A DNA stretch of 63,619 nt, the filler included, from Lenisia limosa (taxonomy: Eukaryota; Protista; Breviatea): NCBI GenBank assembly GCA_001655205.1. It is 12 parts of 12 records of this genome, joined end to end, with 100 filler letters (N's around TTAATTAATTAA, not from the genome) between each part and the next. Parts side by side here need not be neighbours in the genome. Positions count along the whole stretch, not along the records: positions 27,036 to 28,670 come from LPNZ01004616.1; positions 28,771 to 36,293 come from LPNZ01004011.1; positions 36,394 to 37,607 come from LPNZ01008405.1; 9 more parts are not named here. One strand, given 5' to 3'. The notes under the pieces are model-generated. The model made no database searches. It was not told where the DNA came from and worked only from the letters and a program-made list of their open reading frames with translations. Shown one piece after another: positions 26,992-37,595 of this stretch. Every line of letters begins with the position of its first letter. Positions within the stretch are counted from its first letter, which is position 1. The position numbers and the translations under genes are program-made.

Positions 26992-28173
26992 NNNNNNNNN
27001 NNNNNNNNNNNNNNNNNNNNNNNNNNNNNNNNNNNAACACACAAGGGTTGAAAACAACAAAACAAACAAAGCCCAGATCAACTCTGCAACACACAAGGGT
27101 GAACAAACAAAGCCAAGGCCAGTCGCTTCTGTAGGGCCGCATCCCATCACTCCAACGGGGGTATTGGGAGTATATGAAATAAAAAGTTAACTCAGTTATC
27201 CAGCAAGTTACACGGGTTTTTATTTACAATCAAGAAGATACTTGGTACATTGCATTTCATAAGAGCGTAGTATAGTGAAATATAACAGGCTTCAACCCAA
27301 CAGTATCGGTAAGGGGAACGTTAGTTTTTCAATAACAGATATATAAGACGGTCAAAATGAAATATACAGTTACTGGGATAATTCGGCCGATTTGCCATCT
27401 GATTTACAGTGTCTGGAATAAGTCTTGGCCGAATTCCTATGTGATTTCCCAAGAAAAATAGGTCAAGACTGATCCCAATCACTGCATATACCCATTGTTA
27501 TACCCCCCACAATGGCAGACGGACAGGCTCCGGGCAACATTGGGAACAGTGGTCAGGGCGGAGTCGTATACGTAGTAGCTCATGCCGTTGTTATACACCA
27601 CGCGCATGGCGCCAGTGCCATCGTGCACAAAAAACTGGGGGAGAGGATCATAATATTAACATGATCATAAAAAAGAAATGATAGAATACCATAAAATATT
27701 ATCTAGTAATTCTATAGATATCGATATAATATGATATATCATCATTTGAAATATAATAGTATATATGTACAAAAAAACGTTTGCATTGCATGAAATATAC
27801 GATGTAATTATAGAGGCCACCCCCACAGAAGGGTTTTTCAAATTTAGCTATATTTTGGGTTCGGTTAGCAAGATTTGAAAAATATTTACAAATTGACGCT
27901 CTATTCTCCTATTCTCTTGTAATTTTTACTCGAATTTTAATTCGGAAACCTGTCGTCGGAAGACAAAACCCAGACTCCCAAAAATCCCATCTGTGGGGGT
28001 GGCCCGTATTATGTAGTGTTTGTGTACCTTTTTCTCACTGAAAGAAGACACGACATGATCCTGAGTAACGCCTTGTAAACTGATCGCACTACATAGTTTG
28101 AGATCTGAAAACACATCGTATTATAATAGAGTTAACATGAATATCTATTAAATATTTTGAGATATGATAGAAT

Positions 28174-28273
28174 TAGGGCTTCACTTCGATTCGTAAAAGG
28201 CCTTTAAAATATCGATAGTTTTCGAGAATTTTCGAGAAATTCAGTCTTTTTTTCGAACCGAAGTGAATTTCTA
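28174..28273. mobile_element. MITE family A copy
   Basis: ta-gggcttcacttcgattcg...cgaaccgaagtgaatttc-ta, 100 bp. Confidence 0.75.
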
Positions 28274-28320
28274 CCAGTAATACATATCATCTCATGGTAA
28301 GAAATGAGAAAAGAAAAAAT

Positions 28321-28385
28321 AAGGTTGCATCTGCTGGCCGAAGCCGTCCACAGCATCTCGCTTATAAGAGATATAGGATTAATAT
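28321..28385. repeat. Repeat family C (representative copy)
   Basis: aaggttgcatctgctggccgaagccgtccacagcatctcgcttataagagatatagga. Related copies near 39605-39715, 40800-40835, 46135-46175, 50095-50160, 53728-53770 (reverse), 55221-55305, 55480-55545 and 60490-60545. Confidence 0.8.
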
Positions 28386-28770
28386 TTCCCTAGAGATATT
28401 GGATAAAATTCACCCAATCATTTAGGAATAAACAAAGTTGTTGAAGTAATAAACTAGGCATTTCAAAATCAAAATCATCTCCGTCCAGCAACGAGGTAGT
28501 CAGTGAATCCCAACGCACGGTCCTGTTTTACTGTAGGAAGCGGGGCTGGCTTCAGACAATTCCGTTGCATCAAACCTGAAATGTCACAGGTCTGAAATTG
28601 AAATTACAAAGGGGGGGGGGTAGTAAAAAAAGAAGATTTATGAAAACAAAAAAAAAGCCGAAAATCAACTNNNNNNNNNNNNNNNNNNNNNNNNNNNNNN
28701 NNNNNNNNNNNNNNTTAATTAATTAANNNNNNNNNNNNNNNNNNNNNNNNNNNNNNNNNNNNNNNNNNNN

Positions 28771-31700
28771 GGTCTGAATGGTGCGGTCCAAGGCTTCAAC
28801 GGACATAATGTGTAGTGAGGGGTCGATATCCTAAAAAGTAAAACGCCGAACGCAAAGAGAAAGATAATCTGAAGATAATCTCGAGGTCAGGAGGGTGGGA
28901 GGTGATGAGGCAGACAATCTAACAAACCTGGGGGGTGAGGCAGGCGCGACCAATGAAGGACTTCAGAAGCTCGGCGGGCTTGATGAAGGAGTGGTATGTG
29001 ACCATGAAGACGTGGACAAAGTTGGGGCGTGGCGTGTCAGGGTGCGTAATCCNNNNNNNNNNNNNNNNNNNNNNNNNNNNNNNNNNNNNNNNNNNNNNNN
29101 NNNNNNNNNNNNNNNNNNNNNNNNNNNNNNNNNNNNNNNNNNNNNNNNNNNNNNNNNNNNNNNNNNNNNNNNNNNNNNNNNNNNNNNNNNNNNNNNNNNN
29201 GGGGTCTTCCTCGTTTTCGCTCCTTATGAAGTCAAAAAAAGCGAATATGGAAGAAACAGAGTTCTGTTATGTTTGGAAAATCATTGCTACCCCCCACTTG
29301 ACAACAACTTCGACCTTATTTTCGGTTTCTTCCTCGACAATGTCTTCATCAGATGAGTCAGACTCAGAGGCCATACGCACACGTTCTGTATTTGATAAGC
29401 CTTTCTTACAATCAAGGAAAATACTGAATTCTTCTATGAAAGGACCGAATAGTCCATTTCGAAACGGATTCACCAACCTTCTTCTCCAGGCTCGAGACCC
29501 TCGGACTCGTCGCCGGAATTGATAACTCCACGGCCGATCATGGGTGTCTCAATATCGCTGTCGCTTTCGCTCTGGTGCGTTAAAAGGGATTTACGCTGTT
29601 GGACAGTATGGTGAAGAGGAAAAGAGGGTTGTTACTGATTGTAGCATGCGGAGGAGGAATATGTAGCAAATGAGAAAAGCAACGAGTGCATTTGAGTAAG
29701 GGTATTGAAAAAGATGGCTATGAATTAATACATACGATATCAAGGGGTGACACCAGGTCCTCTGAAGAGGCGTTAACAAACTGCAGCTTGCTGGCAGTCT
29801 TCTCGGGGTGGAAGTTTTGGTCAAGGTGGGTGGGTCGAAGGTCAAAGTATCTACAGGGTTAGGATACACTGTGAGAAAGGTGTTATGTATGGCTGGAATA
29901 CAGGTATAAAATGATTGGCTCACTTGGCTCTGGCCTGGGCGTTTCTAGTACGGATGATATTACGTCTGTTTTCGAGCTTCATACGCTTAATCGCATCAAC
30001 AATAGCCTCGGCTTCGTCTTCGTCATCATCAATTTCTGAATGATGAGCCTTTAAAGCGCTGTTCAGGTCATTAAAACAAAAGTGAGTCCACAATGCTAAG
30101 CACTAAGAATTCAAAGACAAAAAACAAAAACCGTATTTTAGAATAATAATAATAATAATAATCATAAATATAATAATAAAAAAAAAAGGTCTGGATTCTG
30201 ATTGACTGCTCCTTCATAATTACCCCTCGCCTACCCTTTCCTTCTTGACGCTTCATGCTAGTCACCATTTCGAGCATTCTTTCGAAGGGATTCAAGACAA
30301 GGGTGCAGGTCGCACGGTGAAGAGACATGTTGCCGATAGTCAGAAGAGTCATCAGCATGACAATCAGAATAATTGAGACAAGCGCGTCGCGTCGAACTCG
30401 TCTGAAAAAGTAAATCCCTTCATTTTACTGAAAAGAAAGGTAAAATATCAACAGCAAAGAGTTATCGAGAAAATCAGTGCTTCTGAGAGAAGAAGCCATG
30501 GTGGTAATAATATTCAGACCCACTCGGTGACATCGACAATGGTTGTGAGGGTGCCGACAGAACGAGTTTCCATTCGAGCCTCTTGCAGCTCTGCAATGTC
30601 GTCTTCGTAGTTGATAATCACAGTGCCGTCTGAAGTCAGTGAACTTAATTTTTCAAGCCGTTGCGTATCATATTTATTAAGGTACTGATAGTGCTATTCC
30701 CGACAAAACATTTTATAAGGCTAAACACCCACCAATTGCAAGTTTAAGGATGTCTTCGTCGTGACTGGCGCGATAGAGTGAAAGAGCCGAACCAAAGAGG
30801 TCCGATTGTCCAAGGAGTGGGTCACTGAAATGAATAAATCAGGCATTCGTATCATTTCAGTATATACATATATATAATACATATATACTCATATTATATG
30901 GTTTTTATCTATACAATCATATAGTTTATATAGTTTATAGTAATTATTCAATAAATATCGATATTTTACTCACTTGAAATAGTTCATCTGAAGAATTCTG
31001 AGCTCGCCGTTAATAGCATCATCGTCAATGTAGGAAGATCCCTGCAAAAAATGACTGGTAAAAAAAGCGTAAAATTGATGCTTATTCAGAGCCTAATATA
31101 TGTGCCTACGAAAGAAGAGGCGACAGCATAGATGACGACCGAGAGGAAGATGAAGAGGACGAAGCGTGACGAAATGACGTTGGCAAGCTTGTCGCCCATA
31201 ACACCAGCCTGGCGTGGCTCGGTGTTGATCGGGGCCTCGGCGGCGTTGTCGTCCCATTGGTCAGTGTCCTCTACGTTGCGCTTCCGGAATACTTTCGACA
31301 CAGACGTGAGTCGAGACTGGGGGGTTAAGAGGTGCGGAGCACTCAGTAAACACGCCAAATTGAACCTGAAACAAATTACAATTTGTTGTTCCGAAAATAT
31401 ATAAAGGGGTGGCCTCCTTTGGATATCAGACTGACAAAGAGAAAATAAATACCATCCAAGAGAAGGTACTTCAACACCAACACAGCCAAGCACTCCAACG
31501 TACAAGAGAGAAAAAATAACTAAAAAGTGCATTTACCTGTGATGCTTGATAGAACAGCACACAGAGGATTGCCAAGAGAGCCCATTGCAAACCAGTTTAG
31601 CTGCAGCTCTAGCGGAACGGCCTGACCTAGCAAGGAACAACGCCATGACAGCACCAGGAACTTCACCATCATTGAGAATCATCCAGATGTCGATCACCAA

Positions 31701-32178
31701 AGAAAGGAGGGCAATGGCATCAAGAGCAAAGAAGATCTTCGAAAACTTTGCACGGTCTTGCAGTAAAGTGATCAATAATTCCACAAAGAACACGAAAAAG
31801 ATTACAACCTGCACAAATTAGAAAGGAGGTCACGGAGGAAGGAAAATACCTTCACAATGAGCGATATCATGTCGATTTGACTGCTTTTATCGGTCGTAAG
31901 GATCAAAACATCATCCATAAGTGACACAATCACAATCAGTGGAAGCACAACGAAGATAATGTAGTGAGGAGAAGCGATTAGGCCAGTCAGCTTTTGCCTC
32001 AAAGTTCTGGAGGAAGTTAGCTCCAATAAACAACAACATACTTCTTCTTTGGTTTTGAGGACCTCTGTAGAAGCTTTGAGTCTTGGCTGGACTGCTCATA
32101 GGCAGCTCGGTAAGCAGTGACGCGGTCAGCATCATTAATTTGCTGAACAGTAGAGGAATACTGTCGCCAGGAAGCCAT
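28771..32178 (-). CDS. Multi-pass membrane protein: voltage-sensor/ion-transport-like TM module, HAMP-like linker and RasGEF N-terminal (REM) domain; truncated by the contig end
   Basis: Hand-spliced frame from MASWRQYSS (ATG 32178) through S1-S4-like helices (FFVFFVELL; IFFALDAIALLSLVIDI; FLARSGRSARAAAK), GDKLANVISSRFVLFIFLSVV and DALVSIILIVMLMTLL...LVLNPFERMLEMV, then an acidic linker. After an N gap: ITHPDTPRPNFVHVFMVTYHSFIKPAELLKSFIGR, which matches the SOS-type REM motif [21 protein letters not shown]. Confidence 0.8.
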
Positions 32179-32485
32179 TCTTAAGGAGGAATAGCAACTT
32201 TAACAACAATTTAAACAGCAGAACCAACCAAGTAACTAACCATTTCTAAATATTGACACACTAGATTAAGCGACAATCCGAATTGTATCCAAACTAATTT
32301 TTGGAAAATTTTCTGATTTTTGTTTTCGCTTTTTACAGTAACTGGGTTCCGGGGTACTCGTATTTCAAAAAAACTTTTTTATAAAATCGAGGAAGTGACA
32401 ATCTCTGGAAGTTGTCTGGAACATAGTATCATATTTTTTAAGCAGACAGTACGTGTTTTGAGAGAGTTTAGGAAAGAAATTGGCA

Positions 32486-34899
32486 ATGTCAGGTAAGTCA
32501 CTCCGACTATGGATTAGAATCTATCATTTAATCCATTGAATTATTAATTTTTAACATATTTGTAGAAGACTGTGATCCAGTTTGCTCTGAAAAGGGCAGT
32601 CATTGGGTATGTCAAGCAGATTCTACCTGCGGGTAAGGCCTTTCTGACCGAATGTCTTGTTTCTTATGCTTTAAAGGTGTGAGGACGGGTGGTCTGGAGC
32701 CAATTGTGATAATGGCCCACCAACATGGTGGGAAGACAACCTCATCATTCTGATGCTTGGTGGAATCGTTGGACTCGTCTTCCTTCTAGTTATTGTTATT
32801 TGCATGTAAGAGGGTTATTGAAAAGGTTTTAAACGTCAAAAATATCCTTCCTTCTTATCTGGTAGCAAAAAGAAGCAGGCTCAGAAGCGTCTGAAAGCGG
32901 TAGAGAAGGAGAAAATGTTCAACGAGGCCCGAACAAACCCGGGAACTAAGCTTAACCGCCCCATTGGACGAATCAAGGGTTTGACATAAGCCTCATAAAA
33001 TTTCCTCTCATTTTATTTCAGCACCTCGCTTCCTCTTTCAAATGAACTACAACTACATTGTGATTGGCAGGTACAATCGCGAGGAGTATGTCGATCTTGG
33101 TTTGTTTTTCCGCTGCCAACTGGACAGTTCTGACCTTCGAAGATCTTACTGACTTCCCTGGTGTGTCAACGCAGTACGTTTCCCGTGTACACTGTTCCAT
33201 ATTCCTTGATGAAGATCGCAATCAGTTTATGCTTGAGAACCATGGACGTCATGGAACTTATGTTGATAAGAAGAAGCTCAAGGAGGTGAGATTGATTTGG
33301 AAAGTCTCCTGTCTATTCGGTTTCTTGCATAGAGCGCCTCTTCTTCTTCTACAAAATATTTCCAAAATAGTTGTGTACAATTCTATCACATCATGTTTCC
33401 AACAGCCCTTCGTCATCTGACATGGATTTTAAACATCTTAACCCCACTACCTACGATTGGTTGTTATTCCATGTCTCATTTCACTGCAGAATGACCGTGT
33501 CCGTCTCTATGATCACTCCATGATTGAAATCGGTGGTGCTGAGTTCCTCTTCAGAGATGATATTCACCCCAATCCCAGACAAGTGAGTGAATTGAATTTA
33601 CCGGAGGAGTGGGGTTTTTGAGGACTCCCTCTTTGTTACGAATTGTCTTTCCTGTGCGTTATCTAATTCACGAAGGCAAGTGAATCACGTCGCGGAGCGC
33701 CTCAAGGACGCGCACCCTCGCGGCCACGTAAGGGCGGATATGACGAGTTTGATGACGAGGAAAAGCCCCGCCGCCGCACTCCTAGTTCCCAGCAGGGCTC
33801 AAGAAGCAGACCTCAATCTCGTTATGAGGAGCGAGATAACCGCGATAGCCGAGGTGATAGGAGCGACAGGGGTGACAGTAGGGGACGCGGCAGGGGCGAT
33901 TCACGCAGTGGTGAAGCTCCTCCGTCCCGGCGAGGCAGTTCAAGCAGAGGAAGCGACCGTGGGGACCGTGAACACGCCCCACGCCGTGCGCCCAGCCGCG
34001 AAATGGAGGAGATGTCCAGACCCTCTTCATCAGCCGCCGCTGGCGCGGGTCGAAGAAGCTCGCGTGCCAATGGGGCGAGAAGGCAGCCTCGCGACCAGCC
34101 TCTTGCATGCTTCGATGGTAGGCGGATTTGTGACCTCCCTTTATTTGGACAATACTCTTTTCCTAAATGTTGGACTTCTTCATTCACTTTCCAGCTGGCT
34201 ACTTTGTGTTTGACGTGTACTACGAAACCTGCCTTATCGGTCGCTGTTCTAACGGTGGTCCCCCTGTTGATCTGGGTCTGCTGGCAGCACTACTTGTTTT
34301 TACCAAGAACAAGCAGAATTTCTTGAATAATTATCACTATTGTGTTTTTTTTTGGAATTCACTTTTCTAACTGCTCAGACCTTGGAGAAGTTAAGGGTTG
34401 TGACACCACTCATATTTCTCGCCAGCATGCTAAGCTCAGCTACAACGCTGGATCACAAGAATGGTCGGGGGGGGGGGGGNNNNNNNNNNNNNNNNNNNNN
34501 NNNNNNNNNNNNNNNNNNNNNNNNNNNNNNNNNNNNNNNNNNNNNNNNNNNNNNNNNNAGTATAGGTCTATTGAGTCCCTTGGCCGTAATGGCACAATCG
34601 TAGACGGCGTCCGAGTGGGAGAGAAACAGTCAATGCCGCTGTACAACCGCTCAGTCCTCACTCTTGGCTCCGTGGACTTCACTTTCATCGACAAAACGGA
34701 CATGGTAAGTTCTGATGATATCGTTGTTCACGTTCACTTGTTTTTTGTTTCCGTTTGTCAGAAGCGCGCCTCCCTCGTTTTACCCCTGCAGGAAGATGAG
34801 ATCCAGCCTGCTAGTAACCCGAATCTGGCCCCTGCCCCCCTTGGCTACGATGCTGACCGCGACCCTGCGTACGCCCAGCCCCCTCCCGACATGGTCTAG
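32486..34899 (+). CDS. Single-pass membrane protein: EGF-like domain, TM, FHA, Arg/Gly/Ser/Asp-rich linker, second FHA
   Basis: MSEDCDPVCSEKGSHWVCQADSTCGCEDGWSGANC (6-Cys EGF); TM LIILMLGGIVGLVFLLVIVICI-KKKQ; FHA1 IVIGRYNREEYVDL...VSRVHCSIF...NHGRHGTYVD; FHA2 CLIGRCSNGGPPVDL...HISRQHAKLSY...SLGRNGTIVDG; stop at 34899. Confidence 0.82.
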
Positions 34900-35199
34900 T
34901 GACCTTCTATTTAGCTTTCCGATGCATTTTTGACACCTCGCGTTTAACTGGTGGGCTACAGGCTTTCTCTTTCTTTCTCACTCTCAGACACCAGTAGAGT
35001 TTACGAATAATACATGCATAAATAGATTAATGGACAGTAGAAAGGTCAATGCCTTTTTATTTCTAGCAGCATAGGCATTTAAATGGTTTGCAAGCACATT
35101 TGGTCAAGCAGCACAGACAACTTAGAAGAATACCCAGTCCTCCAAAAGCAACAAATAACTACAACATCAATAACATCATCTTCCGCTCACTTTTTGCTG

Positions 35200-36290
35200 A
35201 TCATTTATGAATTCCTCGTCATCTTCCTAACAAGGTGAAGGAACAGGGAAATATCAACACCAGTTATTGCATAGCCCTGCAAATCTCCATGTAAAGCTAT
35301 CATTTTGTATAACACAATTCATTGCACATACATATCAGGATATGGTATATTGATATCCCCCGACCTTGCAGTTGCCGTCCTGGTCCATGCCGTTGGGGCA
35401 GCGTGCACAGACAACCTCCTGCGAGCAGCCGACTGGCTTGCACTCGTTGAAAGGCTCAGTGCCGCACCCTCCGTTGTTCTTGAGGCACGGGCTCTCCCAG
35501 GTGTCATCGCACTAACATGTTATGATATTTGAAGAAATGACGTACCTCTTCTTCACTAGAAAACTTTAGTGCAATACTTTCGCCGGTTGTGAACTCCCCT
35601 TCGCCTTGCCTCTTGGTACCAAGGCCAAAGTAGGTCAATCTTGAAAGCAATTAATTTGGAACATGATATCAGTGGCAAAGTACAAATCACCCTGTTTTTG
35701 GAACCTACGCAAATGTTGTGTCGACCCGAAAACCGGTTGTTTTGTGGGGCGGGAAAAGATCATATTTATTATCACCAACGGATGCCCTGAATTGTCAATA
35801 TACTCAAATGAAAGCCAACTTGAAGGAAAATTCCACGGTTTTTTGAGGAGAATCAGCTGCATTCAAGAGAATTCTGAAGCCGTTTTGATGGGCTATGTCA
35901 GAAGGTTCGCCATTATAGAAGAGAAGTATCTGATGAGAATAGAAGTGAATGGCCGGATTTTTTCTTAGTTGTAACTTACACTGTTTCCATCAACTGATAA
36001 GGAGATGAATAGGGGCATGACAGTGCTAATCTAATTTGTCAAACTGGATTGTGCTACGAATGAATACGTCACGTTTCCACTTTCAATAGGGAGTATTCAG
36101 TAGTTTATAGTCCTACTTTGGCATCATTACTTCTAGCGACAACATTGATAGTAATGATGTCATCTTTCGAAAATAGTGCCAAATCCCCTGAAATGTAATA
36201 TGGTTTTCAGTTTGGCAGTCTTACCCTTCGTTTTCATTTCGAGGTCTACATTGACGTCAATTTGGAAAGCCTAAAATCGTCAAGAATGTT
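35200..36290 (-). CDS. Cys-rich EGF-like-domain surface protein, partial (5' part beyond the contig end)
   Basis: Exon PCLKNNGGCGTEPFNECKPVGCSQEVVCARCPNGMDQDGNCK, followed by a short hydrophobic C-terminus. Upstream exon-like blocks are present. Confidence 0.55.
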
Positions 36291-36393
36291 CTTNNNNNNN
36301 NNNNNNNNNNNNNNNNNNNNNNNNNNNNNNNNNNNNNTTAATTAATTAANNNNNNNNNNNNNNNNNNNNNNNNNNNNNNNNNNNNNNNNNNNN

Positions 36394-37595
36394 TCATTAC
36401 CTCACCCCACAGCTGCTAATGTCGTACCTCAGTAACATTGACCGGACTTACCACGCCTCTAACGCCTACCACAATGCGGTTCATGCCATGGACGTTGTCG
36501 CGTCCGTTGCAGCTATGGTGTCCGATAGAGATGTGGGAGGTGTTGGGTGAGATGTGGGAGGTATCGCTTTCCTCTATTGTCTTGACCATTCAGATCTGCG
36601 ATCTCATTCCACCAACTGAACGTGAGGGGACATTATGATTCATAGTCTATGTTGTTCATTGCGTTTTGGAAGTATTTTGTAATCGTTATGTGGTCATGTA
36701 TTATTTGCAGTATTCGGGTTGGTGATTGCGGCGGCGATTCACGATGCCGACCACCCTGCCTCCAACAACTCCTTCCAGGTCGACACGCGTTCGGAACTCG
36801 GTGAGTCGTCCGATGTCGCCATTTGACTGATTTCTCAAGCTCTCACCTACAACGACAAGTCCGTGCTGGAGAACCACCATTGTGCGGTGGGACTGAAAAT
36901 GGCGCATGACGTGGGACTACTTAGCCACCTGCCACTTGGAGAGAGCAAAGAAGTAGGCGATTGCCTGTTGTGGTAGTTGCCATTCTGGGCTTGACCTGTG
37001 CAGATCCGACACGTCATTGTCGAGTCGGTGCTGGCGACGGATATGGCGCGACACTTTGAGATTGTAAACGACTTCACGGACCTCCTCACTTCCGACAGTT
37101 GGCCCGTCTCCATACATGCTCATCCTCTAGATCTACCGGACTTCAGCCGGACTGGCAACAGACTCAAGCTCTACCGCATGGTTCTCAAGGTTGGTTGGTG
37201 ACGTCATGAAGTTTGATGGCTGACTGGCTGCTGCATGATATGATTGCCTCAGGTCGCCGACGTGGCCCATGTTATAAAGGACATTTCCATGACGGTGGAG
37301 TGGACGAAGCGCATCAATGAGGAGTTTTTCGCCCAGGGTGACCGCGAGGTCGGATTGCACGTTTAGTTGTATCACGTTTTTAGGAAGCCCTAGATCTCCC
37401 GATCAGCCCTTTTATGGATCGGAGCAAAATCAACATCCCGAAAAGCCAACTCGGCTTCCTAGATTTTGTGATCAGGGTAGGTCACGTGACCATTTGTGAC
37501 TCTTTAGCCGATGCTAGAGTCCTGGGTCAAGTTTAGCAACCAGTCCTTCTTGCTAGACTACCTGGAGAGAAACCGGGCGTATTGGGCGGCGTTGG
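36394..37595 (+). CDS. Class I 3',5'-cyclic nucleotide phosphodiesterase catalytic domain, partial
   Basis: YHNAVHAMDV, AAAIHDADHPASNNSF, YNDKSVLENHH, VLATDMARHF, VLK-VADVAH, EWTKRINEEFFAQGDRE, PISPFMDR, SQLGFLDFV. Confidence 0.95.

Noticed and set aside
28470-28595. Minus-strand exon on the neighbouring contig as the continuation (CDC25 domain) of the RasGEF
   Set aside because: No frame resembles a CDC25 domain, and it is separated from the gene by an artificial spacer.
33680-34213. 177-aa plus-strand ORF and overlapping minus-strand ORFs as separate or overlapping genes
   Set aside because: This GC-rich region is the Arg/Gly/Ser-rich linker exon of the EGF-FHA gene, read in another frame. 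The off-frame ORFs are a GC-content by-product.
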